Below, in pieces: positions 36,576 to 46,499 of a stretch of 64,000 nucleotides of DNA. The notes under the pieces were generated by a model. It was not told the DNA's origin and did not search any database. It saw nothing but the letters and a program-made list of their open reading frames with translations. The stretch is from the NCBI GenBank assembly GCA_047495785.1, contig JBLDXI010000028.1, positions 806,001-870,000 of the forward strand, in the 5' to 3' direction. Positions within the stretch are counted from its first letter, which is position 1. Every line of letters starts with the position of its first letter. The position numbers and the translations under genes were made by a program. Source of the stretch: Lepidodermella squamata (taxonomy: Eukaryota > Animalia > Gastrotricha).

Positions 36576-39500
36576 ATGCTGATTAAAGACACCATACGAG
36601 TCATACTTTTACTGCTGCTGATCGGTATAGCATTTGCGAAAGCAGAAAACAGTCTTTCAATCGTTGCAGCAGTGCCTTACTCTGGATTTTCATTCGCAAG
36701 TGGACCGCTATGTTCTGCAGCTTTTGATATCGCTCTAGCTAGACTTCGGAGCGTCTACTCGAACTGGCTGCCAAATTACAATCTGACCATCGATATTATC
36801 GATGACAGATGTGACGATGCTACGTCAATCGCTCGATTTGTGCAGTATATGAAGCAAATCCGTAGTCGAAGGCAGGGATTGTCAGTTCAAGTGCCGTTGG
36901 CTCTGCTTTCAGAGTGCGCGAAAGATGGGCAACGGTCGCAAGCCGCTATGCTGAAGCACTTCAACTACACAGGGGTAAGCAAGGTCAACCCTATAACCCT
37001 AAAGGCCCAACTCCTAGAATAAGTAACAATAGTAAAGCGAAACCTAGCCAAAAGCCTAACCGTGATCCTAATCCCGTAAGTACAACTCTAGAATAATCAA
37101 CACCAACCGAAAATGCCAATCTAGCTTTAGCCTTAACCAAAATCCCATCATGAAACCCCAGTCCCAGACCTACAATTCGAACTCTAGATGTATAAATCCC
37201 ACTTGAAAACCTTGAACCTAATCCTAACCCTAAACCTAAATTCTAACCCTAACCCTGAACCAAGTCTCACAAGTAATTAAACTTATAATTGTCATCAATT
37301 AATTAATTAAGTAATTAAATAAATTGTCAATTTAGGTTGGGTGTAAGAGTTTTGATTGAAGTTGGGATCCTTCGGCATTGCGAGCATTGAGGGACGGGAA
37401 GCGGCGTGATTTTGAAACCTGACAAGACTCGTTTTGATTTTCAGTTGACCGTCGCTTCGAGCAACGAGCAGTTTCGTTACAACCGCGCCATGTTTGGCTC
37501 AACGTTTGTCATGGGCGAGGACGCTGTATCAATGGCGACTGGAGTGGCAGAGTTCATGGTCAATCACAATTGGCGAAGAGTAGCCGTTTTCTCAGAAGAA
37601 ACTCCTTACGCAGCCCATATGGAGCGTAACTACCTTGCACGGTTTTCAGAAAAGGGAATTTCACCAATTATGATGGAGAAGATATTTAACGATGACTGGC
37701 AGAGGAATGAGGAGCAGATGAATGCGATTTTCACTAGTATGCTCAAGCGTGAGCCACGTATAATCCTACAAATCGCTGACAATCCTGTTGCCCTTTCTTG
37801 TTGGCTTCACCGGTATGGACTCACAGGGCCTAGTTTCATCGTAATTTCCAGCAACTGGAACTATTACGACCCCGACCATGTCTCAATACCAGATTTTCTT
37901 GCTAAATGGTGCAATCGAGATATGTTACGAGAAGCGATCAGGTCGTGGATATTTTTCGGAAGTCGGCGTATGGCTGATGTTTTTGGTGCGGATTACAAGG
38001 ACTCCACTGGGCTTACCAATTCACAATTTGACGGAGCAATGTCGCTAAGAATTGCGAATGCCGCTCAGATGGCAACTTACGACATCTGGTCACCAATTTG
38101 CTACGATCTTGCTCTTTTTACCGGATTAATGATCGGCGAAATCGATCGAAAGATAGCGATTTTAAATTCGACATGGGTCGATCCTGGGCTCGATTTGACC
38201 TCTTTATTGCGAGAGAGCCTGTTCAGCCTGAATATCTCAGGAATTCGAGGTTCATACCATTTCGACAGGAAAAGCGGTCGAAATACGAATGGATTCTCTC
38301 CCGTCGTATTCTACAGGGTTGATTCTGATGGCAGGAAAATCTATGCTTACTACAAATCAAGCGAGCAAAGTGTTTATAAGTTGAGAAATGACATCTCATG
38401 GCGAACTTATGATAACATGCCCCCAAGGGACTCCGTGACGGTAATTCTGGTTGTCTCTCCGATGCTAAGCGCGGCAGCCACTTTGTCCGCATTGGCGGGC
38501 GTGGGAATAGCCCTGTTAATGATAAATCTTTCTATTCAAATCTGTCTCATTTTTGCGGCTTGGAAAAGAAATTGCTCATCAAGCAAAATCCTCGCGAAAT
38601 TCGAAGACGTTGTCGCCAATACGGGGAATTTTTTCCTTCTTATTCATTGTTTCGTTCTCTTTTTCGAGTGGGGCGGATCGCAAAGATCTGCGAAGACACT
38701 TTGCTCGTTGCTGGCAGCTTTCTTATTGATTGGAATAGCCTTTTCCCTAATTGGATTCTTGCTTAAATTAGGCCGCGTGTCAGTCGATTCAAATGACAGC
38801 CGCTCTACGACAGAATTAACCTTATGTACGATTATGACTGGGGCTATCTGGTGCGGGCTTCATCTTGCGTTAGTCTGCTACCTACTGATCAAGGCGAGTC
38901 CGATAACTGTCAACAAAGTTATTTCAGACAAGCTGATGCAATCCAATTTTGACAAAAGCGTCTATTTCCAAGCGTACTCCTTTGAATGTCATCTTTCTTT
39001 GAACCTCGGCACAGGCCTTGAACCCCTCATCGCAATAGGCATATTGCACGTTTTGGGTCTGATAAGATTTTTCAACTTGGCCCACATCTTATTCAAGGTG
39101 ATACCACATATTAGCTTTCAATTTTCACTTTCTCGCTTTTTCATAGAAATCTGGCCGAATCCCAGCAACCGCAAAAGCTGTGTGCTATTCTTTCAACATC
39201 AAGATCATCGTTACTGCTGCCGGGTTAGCCGTAGCGATTCTCGACGAGGAGACTTTAAGCCAGCTAATAGTTAAATCCTCGCTTCTGATGTTCGTTTTCG
39301 GCAGCGCTGACTGTTTCGTGTTTTACATACCCCAGGTGAGTTGTTGAGCTTATAATGAAAATGGTAAATGGTCTTTATTTTATATTTTATAGGTATTGCG
39401 TTTAGCTTTCAAGAGAGCGTCTAGAATCGCTCCCGGGACGCATCAAGAAAACACAGATTCGACAACCACGACTCTGTGGACAATTTACAAACAAGTAAGT

Positions 39501-39582
39501 CAGATTATCTAACCTACTAACGTCATGATTATAAAATCTTACTTCAACATAGGTTCGCAGCAGTTTGGTCAGCACTTCATAA
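36576..39582 (+). CDS. Divergent class C GPCR (Venus flytrap + 7TM), 5 exons, ~790 aa
   Basis: Exons 36576-36974, 37445-39097, 39147-39335, 39393-39494 and 39553-39582, all phase 0. Signal peptide; LPNYNLTIDIIDDRC, HNWRRVAVF, REPRIIL, CWLHRYGLTGPSF, CYD, GIRGSYHFD, WRT..NMPPRD; TM helices ending VFYIPQ. Confidence 0.8.
36985..37262 (+). repeat. Degenerate (CCCTAA)n telomere-like tract in a GPCR intron
   Basis: Repeated CCTAA/CCCTAA variants, e.g. CCTAATCCTAACCCTAAACCTAAATTCTAACCCTAACCCTGAACC. Confidence 0.55.
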
Positions 39583-39647
39583 TGACATTAAATTCCCACT
39601 AACATATATTCCTCTGCATTTCCTAAACATCAACTGTTATTGAATTT

Positions 39648-41957
39648 TTATCGATTGGCCCCCCCAAACACCACCGGCCCAAATACAACAAAAGTCACTG
39701 AGACGGACAGAACTAAGGAAAAGCCGATGAATGACATGAGCTGAGCAGTTGGATGCGGCTGAAGTATGATGCCGATCACCACTGCCGCTACAAAAAGCGG
39801 AGTTATTATGGCAACAACTATGCTGTAAGCCCTATCCACTGCCTTTAAGGCTTTATGACTTTTGTTAAGCACGTAGGTCGACCAGGATCCTGGCAAGAGG
39901 CAAATCGCATGAAGCAGAATTATAGCCGTGTAGAAGTAGCCTCCCGTTTTTGAGAAACAAGCACGGTCGTAGAAATATGTAATCACATCGGCAGCGGAGT
40001 CATAATGTGTCCGTGCCGTGTCTTCGTATCTTAGAGGCGCAGGATGATCATATACAACTAAAATGGCTAGTATGGCAAGATTGATCACCAAGAAATAAAC
40101 CGATGATAGGGCAACGATCCGCTCCGATCGAAAATTAAGCTCGAATGTAGATGATACCCTTCGTAGATTTGAAGAAAAACGTGTTTGAATTACTGCCATT
40201 GAATCGACAGCAATAGAATAGATTTTGCTAAGATATTGCTTTCTCATGGTTATAACTCTGAAGCTTGAACTGCTCGTTATCAAACACACTCCGGAGACTA
40301 GCAGAAAAATCCAGGCGGAGCACAACTTTCCAGAACTAGCCCAGCGGAGATTGAGGGCCAGTAATATTGTTGCCAGTTCGAGTGCTAGGCAACCCACGGC
40401 TAGGACACTATAATTTACCAAAATAGGTTTATCTGTACACTTTTTCGAAGTTGCAAGATACATCCCCGCATTTGCTAGGGCGACGATAGACGAAACCGCT
40501 ATTGACAGACACGCTTCAATAGATGTGAATCCCATCTCAATCTGAGCTGAATGTGCTGAGTCACTCGGAGGTCGATTATCCGGAGTGATCCACGGTATTT
40601 CGGAAAAGCTGGCCAAGCGAAATCCCAGGTCAGTAGAGTTTTGATATCTTATTCCTTTGAAGTGCATTTGATAGCCTATTTTGGGTCGCCATGATTGAAA
40701 GTATATTGGCTCGTCATCATACTCAAGTCGCTGAGAATATTTCAGCCTACCGGATCTGAGACCTACGTAATCCGTCGCAGCAACACTTCGATTAACAACT
40801 TGCATCACTCCCAAAGGATCTTCTGGATAATCTCGAAGCGATTTCCCTTCAACAGTTAGGGTTTTCTCAGCTTGATGAAGTGCAAGAACGCCCTGGAGCA
40901 TAATGTCGAAACATCCATACCGTTCCAGGTAGTCCGAGGATCGAGTCAAGTTTCTCAAACGCGGACTCAACTTCTCATCGAATCTTTTCTGGTCCATGTT
41001 GAAGAAAGTGGAATTTCCATAATCCTCGAAAGGTGTTGCAACAGAGCCGAACCAAAAGGTTGACAAATATTGGGCTCTTATCATTGAGCCGGTGCATCCT
41101 GGGCTGATAACGTCAGGCAGAGCGTCGGGATCAGCGACAACCGCCAAAGAGAGTAGGAAAACATATCGATGTCCTGTTATGCCGTAGTCGTAGGCTAAGC
41201 ATAAAAGGGTATAAACCACAGGTAACTCAACTACTTGGATCACGAATATCCTAGCGTCACTCATCTTCATTGATTCGACTATTGCCGGGGTTATGCCAGA
41301 AGCAACATTGAACCACATGACATCTATGCCTGAAGTATCGCTGATTTGTTTGAAATGAGTTGCTAGCATGGTGTTATACGAGTTATCCGCATTTGCGTAT
41401 AGCGCGACCTTCTTCCAACCGTTTTCCTTGAGGAATTCAATGACAACGTAATTCCAAACTTCGGCAGATACTCTAGTACGGTAGATGTTAGGAAACTTTC
41501 TCCGATTGGCGGTGTATATCGGACTGAGACAAGCCACTGTGATCGCTACGCTGTTCAAATGATGGACCATTGCTCCGTAGGATTTGCAACCTGGTGTGTA
41601 AGTTGCGCCAAGAATGATTGGGGACTGATAGGTAACTGGAATATTTGATATACGATCCCTCTTCTGGTATAATTCCTCCATTTCTCGACTGAAATTGATG
41701 GCGATAGCGGTATCGTATACACCTCCAGGCCCTTCGTCAGCATATCTATTGATGATATGATAGTCGGGTAAGATATCATCTCGTGAATTTATTTCTTCTG
41801 CGACGAACTCTTTGACGCTTCTGCAAGCTCGCAATGGCAACGGCTCGCCTCCCACCGTATAAGTCAGATGGAGGATTGTCAAGTTGTAAGCTTTTCTCGG
41901 TGAAGATATGCCACATATCGCCAGTACAATAAAGAATATGCAATATAAGCCAGTCAT
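39648..41957 (-). CDS. Orphan class C GPCR, GABA-B-like, copy 2, 769 aa, intronless CDS
   Basis: Colinear and highly similar to copy 1 over the full length. Flanks are also homologous (28575-28635 vs 42025-42095; 31015-31050 vs 39611-39647), indicating an inverted duplication. Confidence 0.88.
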   Translation of the reverse strand: MTGLYCIFFIVLAICGISSPRKAYNLTILHLTYTVGGEPLPLRACRSVKEFVAEEINSRDDILPDYHIINRYADEGPGGVYDTAIAINFSREMEELYQKRDRISNIPVTYQSPIILGATYTPGCKSYGAMVHHLNSVAITVACLSPIYTANRRKFPNIYRTRVSAEVWNYVVIEFLKENGWKKVALYANADNSYNTMLATHFKQISDTSGIDVMWFNVASGITPAIVESMKMSDARIFVIQVVELPVVYTLLCLAYDYGITGHRYVFLLSLAVVADPDALPDVISPGCTGSMIRAQYLSTFWFGSVATPFEDYGNSTFFNMDQKRFDEKLSPRLRNLTRSSDYLERYGCFDIMLQGVLALHQAEKTLTVEGKSLRDYPEDPLGVMQVVNRSVAATDYVGLRSGRLKYSQRLEYDDEPIYFQSWRPKIGYQMHFKGIRYQNSTDLGFRLASFSEIPWITPDNRPPSDSAHSAQIEMGFTSIEACLSIAVSSIVALANAGMYLATSKKCTDKPILVNYSVLAVGCLALELATILLALNLRWASSGKLCSAWIFLLVSGVCLITSSSSFRVITMRKQYLSKIYSIAVDSMAVIQTRFSSNLRRVSSTFELNFRSERIVALSSVYFLVINLAILAILVVYDHPAPLRYEDTARTHYDSAADVITYFYDRACFSKTGGYFYTAIILLHAICLLPGSWSTYVLNKSHKALKAVDRAYSIVVAIITPLFVAAVVIGIILQPHPTAQLMSFIGFSLVLSVSVTFVVFGPVVFGGANR

Positions 41958-42280
41958 GCTCTACGAAATGAAAAAAGGAAGTTATGCGCATTATTTCAAA
42001 ATTGATAAAACTAAGCGCCATGTTTCTTTAATAAGCAATCTCAACTATCTGATCCAATTAAGACTGAAATGAACGGGAATTTACGGAGGAGTCGAAAGAA
42101 CGTGACGATTTGGTTGGTGCAGTTAGAGATTTATTTCAGGACCAATGGCTGGATGAGGTTTTATGCACGCACCTTACCGTCAGAAATATAATCATCATGA
42201 GAGGATCGCTATGTTCCCTGCCCCAATTCTAGACTTTAGCTTTAGCCAGCGATATCAGGTGTCGCCCATCATTATAAATT

Positions 42281-42576
42281 GAAGTATGAACAATAGCTAT
42301 TTGTTGCCTCGCATTTTTTCAATAACTCCATGATCATGAGGAATTTTAGAGCGGTTTTCATATTATTCGATAGATCAGGCCTTTAGTAAACTTTCCTGAA
42401 ATTTTCGTTAAATTGGGATCCGAGCGAAGGAATTGGTGACATAAATGCAGTTTTGCGGTTTTAATTAAAAACTCTCATTTTCAAAAATGTCATTTTTGCA
42501 TGCAATACCTATGGCCGTTTTAAAAATTGCAGTTATTAAAACAATGCGAGGCGAAAAAAATAATTGTCATACTTTA
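42281..42576. repeat. MITE-like imperfect inverted repeat
   Basis: AAGTATGAACAAT..CTATTTGTTGCCTCGCATT..TT.AATAACT pairs with AGTTATTAAAACAATGCGAGGCGAAAAAAATAATTGTCATACTT. Confidence 0.5.
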
Positions 42577-43206
42577 ATTATCCAATTTAGTGTTCTGGTG
42601 GCTATAAAAACAACTGCAATAAAATATCTGAGAAGAGCTTCGCTTTATTGATTTTTTGTTATTAAGTCTAATAGCAGCAGTAGGCTGTAGAACGAATCTA
42701 GGTCAGGGTTACCAACCCTTCACATCAGAAAACATAAAATGCTGCTTTTAGCCACTTCGTGCGTTAATGTTGAATATCTTCCCGTAGTCATCCCGCAGAT
42801 CCCGCAGTTCATCATGTGAACGTCCATGACTACATGAACATAGCGCGCGCTTATCTAAATTAAATCTGGCTGATAATCACGCACATTGTGTACGCATAGC
42901 CATTGGGCGATACACTTTTCCTATGTTCACATAGCCACATGCTAAACCAATGATGTGTTTCTTTCCCAGGTCGACTTTATTTGTGGTACCTGTATCGTAT
43001 GTCGTATGACTGTAACGGCCAAGGGCTGATACATATGAAGACCGAGTTCTAAACATTGAAACGCTAACTGCAACTGGTACATATTCTGCCCCCCAACGTT
43101 TTCAGATTATGATATATGTACTGCTATAGAATTTATTAATTAGAAATTTATTAATTAGCGTCAACTTCTAGCTAAAAGCTTGTTTAATATTTCCGCCACA
43201 TAACCT

Positions 43207-45516
43207 TCATCGGAAGGTTACCTTGCCAAATATGATTAAAGATATCGACAATGATGCTAACAGAAAAAATCCTACAACTGATAATTGCTGCATCACTGGG
43301 TAAGATTTGAGAAGAAATCCTATTACCACAGTGGCTGCTGAGAGAGACAAAAACTGTGCGGCAGCAAGGCCGTATGCTATATCTGATTTCCTCAGTTTCT
43401 TCTTAGATCTGTGAAGTTTATAGGCGGCTTTACATCCTGGAAGAAGGCATATGAGATGTAGAGTTATCAGAACAGCGTAATAGTATTCCTGAGATTCCGA
43501 GAAGCATGTCGTGTTGTAGTATTCCGTAATCAAATCTTTTTTGACATCATATTTTCTCCGGGCAACGTCTTCGAGCCTCAATTTCAGAGGTCGACCCTGG
43601 CCGATGCTCACTGCAACAATGATTATATTCAGAATAAAAAATAAGCAAGCCGAAACAGCCACGGTTCGTTCTGCCCTTATATTTAGCTCAAATTTCCTCC
43701 GCCTGCCTCTTCTCCTCAACGTCATTCGCAGGAAATTAGCATGAAACACGAGAAGAGCTATAGTTAAGGGATATACTTTAGGAGCAGAATTACGCTGCAG
43801 CGATACTAGTCTGAAACTTATACAACCAGCGATGAGAGAAGACCCAGATACGGCAAGAAAAGACTGCAGACTGCAGAACCCATCTTTAGGGCTATTGAAC
43901 GTGAAAACGAAATCAAGCGAAGCGAAATCCAGCGCCAAACAACCTAGCGCTAATATAGTATAATTAATCCTGATTTGTTTTCCTTCCGATTTCCTATAAG
44001 AAACAATGTATAAAAAGATATTGATTAGCGCAATAATCAATGTGATGGCTATTGCTACTGAAGTCTCCAATGTCGAGAATCTAGTTTCAATTGTAACGAC
44101 ATCAGCTGAATCTCTGGGAGGTTTACCGTTGGGAGTTGTCCAATTAATCTTCGAAAAGCTGACGAGGATAAAATTTACACCTGGAGAGCTTTCGTCTCTC
44201 AGCCCTTTGAAATGCATCTGATAACCAATCTCTGGCCGCCAAGATTGGAAGTAAATTGGTTCATCGTCGTATTCAAGACGCTGAGAATATTTCAATCTAC
44301 CGGACCTCAAGCCCACGAAATCTGTCTCAGCGATGCTTTGGTTTACGGCTTGCATAACACTATGGGGATGGTCGTAGTAATCTCTCAGAGACTTCCCATT
44401 AGTAACCAGGATTTTCTCAGCTCGATCAAGAGCTAAAACCCCCTGGAGCATTATGTCATAGCATCCGAACCGTTCCCTGTAGTCCGAGGACCGTGTCAAG
44501 TTTCTCGAACGGGGACTCAACTTCTCATCAAATCCTTTAAGGTCCAAGTTAAAGAAAGTGGAATTTCCATGGTCCTCGAACGGTATTGCAGAAGGGCCGA
44601 ACCAAATTGTTGACGTAAATTGGGCTCTTAATATTGAACGAGTGCATCCTGGGCTGACAACGTCAGGCAGAGCGTCTGGATCAACAGAAATCGCGGTAGA
44701 GAGTAGGAAAACGTATCGATGTCCTGTCATTCCGTAATCATATGCCAAACATAACAGCGAATATACGACTGGTACCTCCGCGACTTGGATTAAGAAGATT
44801 CTTGCGTCCCTCAGTTTCATCGATTCGATAATAGAGGTGTCTACTCCATAAGCAACATTGAACCAAATGAGTTCTATCCCGGACGTAGCGCTGAGTTGTT
44901 TGAAATGAGTTGCTAGCATGATGTTATACGAGTTATCCGCATTTGCATATAGCGCGACCTTCTTCCAACCGTTTTCCTTAAGGAATTCAATGACAACGTA
45001 ATTCCAAACTTCGGCAGATACTCTAGTACGGTAGATGTTGGGAAACTTTCTCCGATTGGCGGTGAATATCGGACTGAGACAAGCCCATGTGATTGCAACG
45101 CTGTTCAAATGGTGGACCATTGCTCCGTAAGACTTGCACCCCGGTGTAAAGGTAGCTCCAAGAATCAGAGGGGACTGATATGTTTCTGGAATACCTGTGA
45201 CACGGTCGCGTTTGTCATATATCTCTTCCATTTCCCTGGCGAAATGCACTGCCGAAGCTACGGCATGAAAACTCCCAGGACCATCTTCATAGTACCTGTT
45301 GATGACATGGTAATGCGGCAATATGTCACTTCTGGCATTGATCTCATCAGTGATGTATTCATCGACAGCTCTGCAAGCTTGCGATTGCGGAGGTTCACCG
45401 CCGACAGTATACCGGAAATGCATAATTGTTAGATTAAATGGTTTTCCTGTCGAGACCATTGAATACTGGGACTTGACAATCAGAAGAAACATCAAATAGC
45501 TGATTGAAGACAACAT
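43207..45516 (-). CDS. Orphan class C GPCR, GABA-B-like, copy 3 (more divergent), 769 aa, intronless CDS
   Basis: Same architecture and motifs (GGEP, EINARSDILPHYHV, NRRKFPNIYRT, YSQRLEYDDEPIYFQSWRP, 7 TM). The 7TM region is much more diverged from copies 1 and 2 than the VFT core is. Confidence 0.87.
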   Translation of the reverse strand: MLSSISYLMFLLIVKSQYSMVSTGKPFNLTIMHFRYTVGGEPPQSQACRAVDEYITDEINARSDILPHYHVINRYYEDGPGSFHAVASAVHFAREMEEIYDKRDRVTGIPETYQSPLILGATFTPGCKSYGAMVHHLNSVAITWACLSPIFTANRRKFPNIYRTRVSAEVWNYVVIEFLKENGWKKVALYANADNSYNIMLATHFKQLSATSGIELIWFNVAYGVDTSIIESMKLRDARIFLIQVAEVPVVYSLLCLAYDYGMTGHRYVFLLSTAISVDPDALPDVVSPGCTRSILRAQFTSTIWFGPSAIPFEDHGNSTFFNLDLKGFDEKLSPRSRNLTRSSDYRERFGCYDIMLQGVLALDRAEKILVTNGKSLRDYYDHPHSVMQAVNQSIAETDFVGLRSGRLKYSQRLEYDDEPIYFQSWRPEIGYQMHFKGLRDESSPGVNFILVSFSKINWTTPNGKPPRDSADVVTIETRFSTLETSVAIAITLIIALINIFLYIVSYRKSEGKQIRINYTILALGCLALDFASLDFVFTFNSPKDGFCSLQSFLAVSGSSLIAGCISFRLVSLQRNSAPKVYPLTIALLVFHANFLRMTLRRRGRRRKFELNIRAERTVAVSACLFFILNIIIVAVSIGQGRPLKLRLEDVARRKYDVKKDLITEYYNTTCFSESQEYYYAVLITLHLICLLPGCKAAYKLHRSKKKLRKSDIAYGLAAAQFLSLSAATVVIGFLLKSYPVMQQLSVVGFFLLASLSISLIIFGKVTFR

Positions 45517-46499
45517 ATGGACTGATGCGGAGATTATCTTTTACAACCTGACAGGTTTCGTAGGTAGCACTGTTTTAAAAAATCTAATTTAAAAATCGGC
45601 TGACTCATAATGTTAGCAGATAGAAATGTCAGCGATGTATAAATCCAAAGCAAACTTCAAACATTTCCATACGATACAAAAGCTGTTTATAAACTCACCT
45701 TGCCACAGGGCACAGGAATTTTTTTAAATAAAATGTAACGCAAAATTTAAAAATAAATAAAATGTAATATCTATAGTTTATTAAGCTCCGAGCGCCATTC
45801 ATTAGTTCACTGATGACGTCAATTTCGAGCTATATCCTGATGTCGCTAAGTCTTTCATTACCTTTTGCGTGGCTGGTGGCAGGACTTATTGCCATGAAAA
45901 AGCGTGAGTTTTTCGTTAGGACAGCTAATTCATTGATTTTTTTCTGTCGGTACAGCTAATTCAGTGCACTCAGTTCGCGGCAAGCCGTCCAGGCGGAAAG
46001 ATTGGAGTTCGTAGTGTGCTGCAATTTAATTTGTCTAGAGTCAAAGTTCAATATTTTGCGGAAAATGTACTTCAAAGATGTTTTCGCGTTTAGTATAAGA
46101 GTTATTTGCAGATAGGGGTACAGGTCTTTGCGCGCATCGTTTTTTATTCGTAGTGGTGATTAGTGATATACAGTGTTTGAGCAGCTCCGCAACACACAGA
46201 CAAAAGTTGACTACCTAATTATTATAAACTCGAACCTTAAGCTCGAGGTTGATTTAGTGGGGGTTGGCTACCTTTGGATCTTGCGGCGATTTAACACAAG
46301 GTTCATTAACGATTTTATTCACCAGCTTTCAAAAGGCGCTTTCCTAGTATATTATGTAAATTCCCACCGTTCCTCATCGCCTAGTTGAACTGCAAAAAAT
46401 TATTCAAACAATTTAAAAAAAAATTGAGCGGTAAAACAAAATATAGCAATTATCGGATATGCAATGGTTAATAACGTTCGAGTAAAACATGTTAAACTT

